Below, piece by piece: positions 47,740-57,574 of a stretch of 64,000 nt of DNA; the stretch's first letter is position 1, and each line of letters starts with the position of its first letter. The stretch comes from an uncultured Nitrososphaerales archaeon (GTDB lineage Archaea > Thermoproteota > Nitrososphaeria > Nitrososphaerales > Nitrososphaeraceae). The notes below the pieces were generated by a model. It ran no database searches and was not told where the DNA came from. It saw only the letters and a program-made list of their open reading frames with translations. The stretch is taken from NCBI GenBank assembly GCA_963709405.1, contig CAVPXM010000073.1, positions 44,533 to 108,532 on the forward strand. The letters run 5' to 3'. The position numbers and the translations under genes were made by a program.

Positions 47740-48759
47740 GTGATATGTAGCCCTTTTATCAACTTCTATTCATACCTAACATTTTATACTTTTAATCATT
47801 CAAATTCAGTAAAATTGAATTATATATTTTTTCACTTAATCTTAACAATAATTATATGTTTGATGCTGATTGGTTCGCACATTCTAACTAGTCTACTAGC
47901 ATATGCACTAGACAACACCATTGCGAAAAAATCGCCGACAAACCTACTAATAAAGTCTAAACCACAGGGTGTAAAAATTATATACCCTGCACAAGGTCAA
48001 AGGGTTTCAAATGACAAAAATCTTACAATAACTGGAATGTCTACGGACAATAGTCATACTAATTGTCAAGTTTCAATTATTGTAAATAACGTAAGACCAT
48101 ATCAACACGTTATTGCTACCGGACACAATGGTACAAATGATTATTCAACATGGAAATTCCCTCTAAACCCTAAATACGCTACACTCAAACCCGGATTAGG
48201 TAACAAGGCCACAGCAAAATTAACCTGCTACGACACACGAACCAATCTCACAAAATTTTATAGTGTAAATTTCACCAGTAAACCAACTAATATCTCTATC
48301 GCACAAACGCAACAATATTCAAAGAATAGTACCAAGATCATTAATGGTAATAAAAAAGTTACAGAGTTATCCTCTATCCTTAGAAAACAACAATCTTCTA
48401 AACTAGGAAACCCGTCTGTATCATCACCTACTGGTATTCTACCAGCAACCAACAACAAACAGAATGCTCTAGATAATTTTACAACAAACAAGCGCATTAC
48501 AGATACTCGAAACGAGGCTTCGCTAAAACCTGAATCTACAGTGACATCAAAGCAGTCTGGTGTGAAAGGGAATGAGAAGACTAATGATCCTTTTGTCCTC
48601 ACTTTACCTTCAATTGGAAAGGCATCGCTAAAACCTGAATCTACAGTGACATCAAAGCAGTCTGGTGTGAAAGGGAATGAGAAGACTAATGATCCTTTTG
48701 TCCTCACTTTACCTTCAATCACCAACTATTCATCACCCTCATTTCTTCATAGTAAATAA
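47740..48759 (+). CDS. Exported Ig-like domain protein with repetitive tail
   Basis: TM, then VKIIYP..GQ.V...LTITG.STD...CQV...DYSTW; true start probably downstream of 47740. Confidence 0.7.
   Translation: MICSPFINFYSYLTFYTFNHSNSVKLNYIFFHLILTIIICLMLIGSHILTSLLAYALDNTIAKKSPTNLLIKSKPQGVKIIYPAQGQRVSNDKNLTITGMSTDNSHTNCQVSIIVNNVRPYQHVIATGHNGTNDYSTWKFPLNPKYATLKPGLGNKATAKLTCYDTRTNLTKFYSVNFTSKPTNISIAQTQQYSKNSTKIINGNKKVTELSSILRKQQSSKLGNPSVSSPTGILPATNNKQNALDNFTTNKRITDTRNEASLKPESTVTSKQSGVKGNEKTNDPFVLTLPSIGKASLKPESTVTSKQSGVKGNEKTNDPFVLTLPSITNYSSPSFLHSK
48515..48719 (+). repeat. Tandem repeat, 2 units with 105-bp (35-aa) period
   Basis: tcgctaaaacctgaatc...ccttcaat at 48520 and 48625. Confidence 0.95.
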
Positions 48760-49370
48760 CAATTCGAAAACCATTTAAAGAATAATGATGCGAATACTCA
48801 TCATCACAAGAAATCTTTGTCTGAATTTCTGCCTAAAAGTTGAATGATTTCTTAATTTTTAGCAAGTCATTTATCTCACCAATATCTAGCTATTTGGGCT
48901 GTCCAGTACATTGGATAGATAAAAGAGTTAAATGGAATGACTAAGTATCGAGAGTACCTTTTCATTAGATGATTTGTACAGAAATGATTTAGAACTCCTG
49001 TAGGGATTTTCTAGATATTTTTATAGGACATTTCACTTTTCGATTCTACATATTAGTATAAAAAGTCGAAAAATAAACTTCATGGAATGGCCTTCTTTAT
49101 GCGCGCCTCAATTAAAAAATCAAATGCTTCTGAATTAAGTAAGTTTGCTCCTGTCAACTATAGGACCCAAAAAAAATCCAATCACTGGAATAAATTTGAT
49201 CTGACGAAGCAAGTTAAATCAAATCCTTTACCAATAGTACGCAAATTCAAAGTAAGATAACAAATTATTTTGAATCTTGAGGTTATATATAATAGACTAA
49301 TACTGCTAACATAAATTAGTAACACCATATCATACGATTAAATATTAGATATTAGTTAGTAACGACTGCT

Positions 49371-50499
49371 ATGCAGACAATAACCGCAGAGACATCTGAT
49401 GCCTACAAGAATTTTATCAACAGTTTAGATAGCGAATACTCACGCCGTAGTTACAGGCGCTCGTTCCCTCAGTTTATGCGCTTTTGCAAAGTAGACTCAT
49501 ATGAGGCAATGCTGCAAATCCAACCTATCAAAAAACTAGAAGGACTGATACGAGACTACTTTATCCACCTACGAGAAGACAGAAAACTTGCACCTGCATC
49601 TATAGGCAGCCTACTCTAGCAATTGCCCACTTTTACGAAATGAATGATATCACAATAAATTGGAAAAAACTAAAAAAGTTCAAAGGTAAGTTGCGAAGTG
49701 TTGTTGAAGATGTTCCCTATACAAGACAGCAGATTAAGACGCTGATAGATAATACCACACTGCGAGACCGTTGCATGATTTTAATGATGGCTTCAGCTGG
49801 TTTGAGAAGGGGAGCACTACCCAACCTAAGACTAAAAGATTTGCAAAAGATAGAAAATTCGGTCTATACAAAATCATAGTCTACAAGAGAGACCAGGAAC
49901 AGTATACGACATTCTGCAGCCCAGAATGCGCTAGGCTAATCGATCAATACCTGGCATGGAGGGAAAGATTAGGTGAAAAACTGCAACCCGAATCTATCCT
50001 CTTTCGCAGAGAATTTAATACTACCAGTTTGATGCGAATCTCAAAACCCAGACCATTAGAATCAAATTCGATAAGCCGTATAATGAGCATCCTATTAGAC
50101 AAAACTGGTCTAAGGCCACCTACTCAAAACCATAACAAAACTAGTCTGATGGAGTGTCACGGCTTTCGCAAATTCTTTGACACGCAATGTATAAACCATA
50201 ACATGAATCCTTTGTATTGTGAATACCTAATGGGTCATAAATCAGGTTTGATAAAATCGTATTTCAAACCTACTGACACCGAACTGTTGGAAGGCAATGA
50301 TAAGAGTGTAGGCTATATTGGTGTAATTCCCTACTTGACAATAAATGCTACAGATGAGGAAAATGAACAGTTAAGACGGCAGGTTGAGACTCTTCAAGTA
50401 GAAAAAAGTCAGATTGAAGATCTGCAAAAGGAAATGAATGCTATTAGAGAACTTGTAGCCGTTAAGACAAAGGCATCAAATACATATCAACAAAAATAA
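49371..50499 (+). CDS. Tyrosine integrase (copy B, frameshifts near 49605 and 49855)
   Basis: R, HxxR, H, Y catalytic set spread over three ORFs. Confidence 0.9.
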
Positions 50500-51161
50500 C
50501 AAAATGATGGTGCTCTAACGAGATTATCTCTCTATAAAACAATTACTGTCTACAACTCTTTAAGTCATTTTCTGGCAGTGGCAGGGAATCTACTTGATTC
50601 TCAGGACTTTAAGAAAGGAAGGAAAGCAGACACACAAAAATGACTCTACAATCATCTTATACTTTTGTCTAATTATGGCACATATTTCTCATTATGAGCT
50701 AAATTGTAAGCTTCTACTACTATTTGCTCATCTAGCAAAACATAAGCACAATAACACGACTATCTAGGTTACTTTTTTCTTAGGATTAGGTGATTTGTCA
50801 TTCTTGGTTGAATCTTTGCTCTGCTCACCACATGGCTGTAAATTCGGCTATCTCAAATGATAAAAAAATCATCCGAGTCGTCCATGGCTTTTTGGGTTAG
50901 GTGATACCTACCTTTAGAATCACGTTCTATGTATTTCCATTGAAGAAAGTATCTAAGATACTTGGCTTCAGTCTTGCTAGTAACAACCTATCATTCGCTG
51001 TATTTCATTGAAACCGATACCTAGAGGTCCATTCCTTTCGATGATTGTTTTCCATGTGCTCCACCAAGCTAAACGGTTCTCATAGTTAGTTCTATACGAA
51101 ATGCTTTACCACCCGATTTGTTAAATAGTATGAACGTCGGCTTAATAAACTCAATTAATAA

Positions 51162-51332
51162 ATGACACAAAAGGAAAGGTGTTTAATCGTAATTTCAAAA
51201 CGCAATTACGATCGGCTACGAAATCAAGGTATAGTAACGGACTCATTTGATTCCGTTATAACTAACCTCCTTGAACAAGCCGAATCAAGTCATAGCGCCA
51301 AGTCAGCAAACGGAGATGCAAAAGACTCCTGA
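51162..51332 (+). CDS. Small RHH-like DNA-binding protein (copy B)
   Basis: MTQKERCLIVISKRNYDRLRNQGIVTDSFDSVITNLLEQAE; strand-helix-G-helix pattern. Confidence 0.65.
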   Translation: MTQKERCLIVISKRNYDRLRNQGIVTDSFDSVITNLLEQAESSHSAKSANGDAKDS

Positions 51333-51554
51333 ATAATCTGCCCTCCATAGAGTTAAATTTTTCTAAGATCATTTTAAGAGTCATTAGGGAACATCTGGAA
51401 GAGAGTAATTGCAAGCATTCCATTCTTCAGATCCCGCCGAAGCGGATCGCGAAGCGGGTAAAGCAACTGCAGTTGAAGTAGGCAAAATAAATCATGATAA
51501 ATAAATCTGAAACGCACAACAGTTACCTATCTGAGTAAGGGGTGAGTATACTGA

Positions 51555-53247
51555 TTGGAAGAGTGGTGGACATCATCTGCTAATGCCGATAGATTGTATT
51601 TGGAAATGTGTCGCTACGATGAAACTGCTCATGAGAGAAAATATTACGTCCAGGCTCTGAAATATGCTACAAGACGGACGATGGTAAATCATCCCTCAGA
51701 ATTTACTGATGTAGTTATACTATATATTCAAAATTTTAGTGCAGAGTTAAGGGAACAGATCATTAATTTATGCACTGATTCACAGTCAATCAACGATGTT
51801 GTAACCACGGCAGTTTATAAAATAATCAAGTCCCGGGCGGCACAAGTCTATTATGAGTATCTTCAGAATGAACCTTTAAGATGGTCACTTTTAGAAGGCG
51901 ACGGCAATTGGAAGGGCGACGGTTCAGTAATCGCCGAACACGTCAATGATCTTGTTAATTGTCTAGATACAGCAGAGCCAGAAGATGCCTCGCCAATTCA
52001 ACAACTCGCTAAAAAGATAACTAGTGGAAATATCTTCAGAACTACTACCGACAATGAGGAATTGTTTTGGTATGATGGTAACGGTCTCTATTTGTCAGGC
52101 CAAGAATGGCGAATCAAATCCGAATGTCAACAAATACAACCGAAGATTAAGACTAACGATGTCCAAGAGGTTATCAACCATATAAAGCGAAGAACATTCA
52201 TTGACCGATCAATATTTGATTCCAATCCTGAGATTCTAAATCTGCAAAACGGCCTGTTGAATATACATACTATGACATTAACACACCACTCGCCCGATCA
52301 ATACTCCATTACGCAATTACCTGTAAAATTCAACCCGAATGCGAAATGTGCCAGGATTCTCAGATTTCTTGGGACAAGTATTAAAACCAAAAGACGTCTT
52401 TACAGCACTCGAATTAATAGGATACTGCCTCTATAAGACTTCAAAATTTGAAAAAGCGGTGTTGTGTATTGGCAAAGGTTCTAACGGCAAATCCACATTT
52501 TTAAGGATAATAGATCATTTACTTGGCTCCAAAAATATCAGCCACATTAGTCTTCAGGATTTGGCCGGCGACAGGTTTGCGAGCGCCGGCCTTTATGGGA
52601 AACTGGCCAACACGTTCGCCGATTTGAAGTCGGATAAATTAGTTAGCACTGGCAATTTCAAAATGCTCGTCTCTGGCGATTATATTAGAGCGCAAAAGAA
52701 ATTCCAAAACCCTTTTGAGTTTCAAAACTATGCTAAGTTAATCTTCAGTGCTAATGAGATTCCGCAGTCGGAGGATCGAACTTATGCTTATTTCCGGAGA
52801 TGGATTATCCTCTTTTTCGAGAAGGTTTATGAAGGCGACGACAACGATACGGAATTGGTATACAAATTAACCACACCGGAAGAATTGTCTGGTCTTCTAA
52901 ATCTGGCATTAATCGCGCTTCGGCAACTTATCAAAGATAACCAATTTGTGCACGCAGACGACATTGCGACCATCGAAAGGGAGTATAATCTTAATGCGAG
53001 CACAGTAGAGAGGTTCCTAAGAGAGAAGTGCGATGTAACGAACAACAGAGAAGACTACATGATCTGCCGTGATCTATGGGGAGTTTATCTTGAGTTCTGC
53101 AAAGTCAACAACCTTACCTCGAAAAACGATAATATTTTTGGAATGGAATTGGGACAACTAGGCATAAAGAAAGAACGGCTAAGGCTAAACAAGGCAGACA
53201 GGGAGTATTGCTATCTTGGAGTAAAATCAAGGGAGAATGTTCTATGA
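51555..53247 (+). CDS. P4/D5-like SF3 helicase (copy B, frameshift near 52366)
   Basis: D5_N-like LNLQNGLL, Walker A GKGSNGKS, LIFSAN, RRW, C-terminal winged helix. Confidence 0.9.
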
Positions 53248-53257
53248 CAATCACTGG

Positions 53258-53363
53258 CCTAGGTGGTCTAGGTTACTTCCTATTATTAATGTCCCTAAGG
53301 AAAATTTGCAGAGAATAATGATGGAATATCATATTAATAAGAGATCAACCTAGACCACCTAGG
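53258..53363. repeat. Perfect 17-bp inverted repeat around AT-rich spacer, putative origin (copy B)
   Basis: cctaggtggtctaggtt (53258-53274) and aacctagaccacctagg (53347-53363). Confidence 0.7.
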
Positions 53364-53641
53364 ACAAATCTTCTTTCTAGCATTAGATTTGGTCGCTATT
53401 ACTGTTCTGAATGCTTCACCAGTGACTTAGAACGCATAAGCCATAGAGAAAGCGAACGTCCTGGCAAACTAAACTATCCCGAATCGGAGGAATTTCAAAA
53501 TAGGTCTAGGCCTAATGGATAGACTTTATAAGATGACCACATAGCAAAGCCTTCGCGTGGCATGGCCGTAAACTATTATTCACTTACTGGATAATGGGCT
53601 AATTTGCTTAAAACATAGAATCAGGAGGTGAATCAAAAGAA

Positions 53642-53929
53642 ATGTCAATAACAAATGAACAAAATCAAGTATCAATAGCGAATAATAATATAAATGAAAT
53701 CGAGAAAATATTGAATGCAAGCAGTCAGTATGTAAGCATAGGTGTAGGAGGCAAGAGCATATTACAATTCCTTCCTCAAAAAGGGATTATCGAAGTAGAA
53801 AAAACATACAATGATCAGAAAGTAAAGAAAATTCGTTTCATAGTAACTGATCCAAATGGTAAAAGCAATGAAGAGAAGTTATTCGATGTGGGTAGGAGAT
53901 CAGTGCGGCTAATACTTAATAAAGCATGA
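53642..53929 (+). CDS. Element protein, possible OB-fold ssDNA-binding (copy B)
   Basis: Strong GGAGGTGA upstream; beta-rich sequence; directly downstream of the helicase and inverted repeat. Confidence 0.6.
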   Translation: MSITNEQNQVSIANNNINEIEKILNASSQYVSIGVGGKSILQFLPQKGIIEVEKTYNDQKVKKIRFIVTDPNGKSNEEKLFDVGRRSVRLILNKA

Positions 53930-53951
53930 ATCCAGCATATTACAGAATAAG

Positions 53952-54515
53952 TTGAATGCAACTAACGACCTCAAGCAAGATCATTTAATAATACGAAGAG
54001 TTCGCAACATTGCTCAAAGATGCTCTGATAAGTTATATGCTAATGAGAATATTCCACTTGAAGATATTGAAATTATTTCTGTAATTATTGAAGAATTCGT
54101 AGATAGATTTCATCATGGGAAGGAGGAACAGGCATATTTTCCGCAAACTAAAGATAAAAACGGATTTGAAGAAGATATTCGCAAGTTTCTCATTGAACAT
54201 GAGCTAGGAAGAAGAATTGCACAAATGCTTCTAAGGGAGTTAAAAGTATGGAGAACAGGAATAGATTCAAGAGAACCAGTTGCGAGATTCTTAAAATCAT
54301 ACGCAGTCTTTGTAACTGACCATACCGGAAAAGAAGACAAATTCTTTGATTTAATTGAAAATAAAGGCAGCATCTCAACTAAAGAAGATGAAGTTTTGAT
54401 AAAGCATTATTCGATTTGTAGAGATCGAGCCGGTGGAAAAGCAAGAATTGAACAAATGATGAAATTAATAGAATATTTGGATGACAGAGACTGGATGAAA
54501 AAGAATGTAGAATAA
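53952..54515 (+). CDS. Hemerythrin/HHE domain protein (copy B)
   Basis: HHGKEE, EHE, HTGKED. Confidence 0.9.
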   Translation: MNATNDLKQDHLIIRRVRNIAQRCSDKLYANENIPLEDIEIISVIIEEFVDRFHHGKEEQAYFPQTKDKNGFEEDIRKFLIEHELGRRIAQMLLRELKVWRTGIDSREPVARFLKSYAVFVTDHTGKEDKFFDLIENKGSISTKEDEVLIKHYSICRDRAGGKARIEQMMKLIEYLDDRDWMKKNVE

Positions 54516-54628
54516 CTATCCAGTCTCTGGATGAGGGTCTAGAGGATGTACATCAGAGAAGGAAATTTTGACTAATCAGATATAATCTTAAAAATGATTG
54601 GTATAAATAAAAGTAACGACAAACCACT

Positions 54629-55000
54629 ATGAAAGCTTTGAAGATTTCAGAATTATGTAAAATGATCGAAGGCTCGATCCGATCGGGAAAATATCCGTTG
54701 GAAGATCAGCAACAGAAATTCGCAAGTTCGGTAGAGGTTATAAATAGATCAGATTCTGAAGATTTGAAAAGTACAGACATCAAAATAGAAGTTAGAATGC
54801 AAAATCTATACACACTAAATAATTACGTGCCTAATATACAACATCTACCAGGAGTAATTGAAATAGATGTTTTAGATTCTTATAAAATGCTGTGTAGGCG
54901 CTCGGAAAGAGTAGCAGTTGATTCTTCAGACGATAATTATTCTAAATCCATTACTATTTCTAGAGATAAGACGCACAGTCCTAGATATCAAACTAGTTGA
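54629..55000 (+). CDS. Hypothetical protein (copy B)
   Basis: 123-aa ORF, present in both arms. Confidence 0.7.
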   Translation: MKALKISELCKMIEGSIRSGKYPLEDQQQKFASSVEVINRSDSEDLKSTDIKIEVRMQNLYTLNNYVPNIQHLPGVIEIDVLDSYKMLCRRSERVAVDSSDDNYSKSITISRDKTHSPRYQTS

Positions 55001-55212
55001 TTAGATTAGTTGCTGAACTTGAAGGCCAATCTGTAAGAATGTACATGTTTGTTTGGAAACGCAGAGATTATCAAGACATTGATAGATATTGTAAATATGA
55101 TTGTAACTATAATTGGACCAAAATAAAATTCTTAAATAATCCGTGTTGCCAAATTTCATGATGTATAAATGTTTTATAATGCACATCAATCTCGAAAGGA
55201 GACAGCATTATT

Positions 55213-55521
55213 ATGGCTAATGTCAACGTCGCACTGTTTGTTCGACTAGAGGCAAAGCCAGGAAAAGAGTCTGAAGTGGAAACCTTTCTCCAAGGAGGCC
55301 TTTCAATTGTTCAAGAAGAACCCTCAACGATCGCATGGTTTGCAATTCGTCTAGGGCCATCTACATTTGGGATTTTTGATGCCTTTCCAGACGAATCAGG
55401 TAGGCAAGCACACCTCACAGGCCGCGTAGCGGCAGCTCTGAAGGAGAAAGCATCTGAGCTTTTCGCACGGCCACCTAGCATCGAAAATGTCACAGTCCTT
55501 GCAGCCAAGCTACCTCAATAG
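55213..55521 (+). CDS. ABM monooxygenase-like protein (copy B)
   Basis: LEAKPGKE, EEP.T, FDAFPDESGRQAHL. Confidence 0.9.
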   Translation: MANVNVALFVRLEAKPGKESEVETFLQGGLSIVQEEPSTIAWFAIRLGPSTFGIFDAFPDESGRQAHLTGRVAAALKEKASELFARPPSIENVTVLAAKLPQ

Positions 55522-55532
55522 ATGAAATTGTC

Positions 55533-55736
55533 ATGATTACACTTAACGCGCCAACAAGGTCATTGGGGTCTGCCGAGAAAAAAGCAGCTGAACTGGGACA
55601 ACCCATGAACGTCGCAATTGTTGATTCTGGTGGAAATTTGATCGTACACGGACTCATGGACAAAGATTGCATCGGTAGCATAGACATTTCGATTAGATCT
55701 ATTAGATAAGGCATTTACAGCCAGAGCGTTTGGTCG
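55533..55736 (+). pseudogene. GlcG/HbpS heme-binding protein, N-terminal fragment (copy B)
   Basis: AEKKAAELGQPMNVAIVDSGGNL...MD...IGSIDIS, then KAFTARAF in a shifted frame. Confidence 0.8.
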
Positions 55737-55832
55737 ATATCACTATTATAATTACTAGAACATCCATTTTCAAACCAAAAAAGTGAAAAAAAGTGAAAAC
55801 CTGTGTTGAGAAGTAATTTTTTCTTTGTCTTT

Positions 55833-56111
55833 TTAGGATGGTTGTACACCAATTACGTTTACTGCGTTACCATCGCCTTGGATTTGATTACTTAGTGCTT
55901 GACAGAAAATTTTCAATGGTAAAGATCCATTTCCGCAGACATTGGCCTGTGCCGCAGCCTGTGATTGCTTACTGCTACTACCGTGGTGATGATGATGGTG
56001 TCTATAGTTTTTTGCATATACTGCGTGATCTAGTAATGCCATAGCTGATGTAGCAATTAACATAGCACCTACTGCTGCAATTGCTATAATTGCGATCGTC
56101 TTGCTGTTCAT
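55833..56111 (-). CDS. Secreted His6-containing peptide (copy B)
   Basis: Signal peptide ending AVYA, RHHHHHH, then a Q/N-rich domain with two Cys; T-tract terminator-like sequence downstream. Confidence 0.8.
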   Translation of the reverse strand: MNSKTIAIIAIAAVGAMLIATSAMALLDHAVYAKNYRHHHHHHGSSSKQSQAAAQANVCGNGSLPLKIFCQALSNQIQGDGNAVNVIGVQPS

Positions 56112-56385
56112 ATAATTCTACCAGTAGGTATATTTGATGGTTTATTATGATTAGGATGATCAGTATGCTTCATTAAATCTGATTCATCATAGTTAAGAAT
56201 TGACTTGATTTAATTATCCTCGTTATTTACTGTACGTTCTTTAACTTTAATTATCAATCATGTCTGTAACGTCTGATTAGCAGCCATTGGTTTTGATCAA
56301 CTTTCAACTTATCACCTTCACCTTCGTGTCTTGGTCAAATTCCGTTAGTCATCAGCCAAGATAAAACAGTTCTCACTATTCGAAC

Positions 56386-57000
56386 GGCTCTGTTCACTTA
56401 ACATTCTTTTCCATAATCTCTCTATTGTGCATATCTACAAATAAGCCCAACCAATTCATGACATGCTTTAGCTTACAATCATTATTATCTTTCCTACAAG
56501 GGAAATAATCATCAAAACATTTGGTTCTATCTTTTATTATGTACTGTATTGTCCTTTCTATGAAGCTTTTTTCAATCGAGGAATGATTATGATGTTCAAC
56601 ATTCAGGAATCTACATGCTTGTGGATACCATGTGCCACCATCTGTTGAAATATCGTGCTTTCCATATCTTCTAATCAAAGATTGTATAAACTGTTCAGCC
56701 ACAAGCATGTTCCTTTCAATGGAGATACGAATACCAAGGATTGTCCTATCAGTATTGCATCTCGTTTGCAATATTTTCCTTGGCTTGTATCGCTGGATCC
56801 AGTTCCAAATAGAAACATGGTTTCTTTTGATAAATTGAGATAGCCTTTGTGATGTTTTTCGAAGTGATAGGCCTGAGAAGTACAGCTGTAATGCGTAATA
56901 TACATACTTTGATGAAGTCCTACTTCTTTCTTTGCATATAGCCATCATCAGAATGTAGGAAGTTTTCAGCTATAAGTCTATCCGTTAAATGAACAGAGCC
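56386..57000 (-). mobile_element. IS6-family element, internally deleted (copy B)
   Basis: TIRs and TSD attcgaac on both sides. Confidence 0.93.
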
Positions 57001-57220
57001 ATTCGAACCGTGATTTTCTATTAATAATCCCTTTTCATATTGTATCTTTGATAGTAGATTATTAGTATTCCATCTCTGCTGGTTAAGAGCATATCTTACA
57101 ACATATATCACATTGTGGTTCGACTTGTTATACTAAATGATTGAATGAATAAGAATAATGTTAATTATATTTTATGTGCTAAAAAGAAGTTAGTTATGAA
57201 TCTGGACGAATTGCCGATTC

Positions 57221-57331
57221 CTATAAACTTAAGACTATGTATGCTAAAATGCCTACTACAACCACTAGCATTGCCGCCAACCCAAATGTTACTTTGTCGT
57301 GTTTTAGTTTATTAATAATATTGACCTGCAT
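57221..57331 (-). CDS. 36-aa single-TM small protein (copy B)
   Basis: Mirror of 32807-32917. Confidence 0.45.
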   Translation of the reverse strand: MQVNIINKLKHDKVTFGLAAMLVVVVGILAYIVLSL

Positions 57332-57574
57332 ATTTTCAAGATTTCACCTCACATGTTATTAATGCCGACTTGAGATATAAGAATAGATTAACTATGTTAT
57401 TCCAATCTTGGTAACGCAGTAAAATAAATCGATACATTCGTAGAATGTACTACAAATGCTATAATTCATAATGAATAAATCTTTATAAATGAATACCAAG
57501 CTGGTAATAATCATTGTCATATTCGATCCTAAAAAGCACTTTTAGGACAAAGGTACCTGTCATCCATAGAATTT

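Larger units (their letters stand above)
48942..57474 (+). mobile_element. Integrative element, copy B (right arm of inverted duplication)
   Basis: Reverse complement of 32664-41190. Confidence 0.9.

Noticed and set aside
49300-49370. TTAGTAAC repeats before the integrase as att or arm sites
   Set aside because: Too short and AT-rich, with no convincing matching core at the other end of the element.
32664-57474. Inverted duplication as a pure fold-back read artefact
   Set aside because: A unique 7.75 kb spacer, an IS-defined breakpoint and a synonymous-rich divergent patch argue against it, though read support is still needed.
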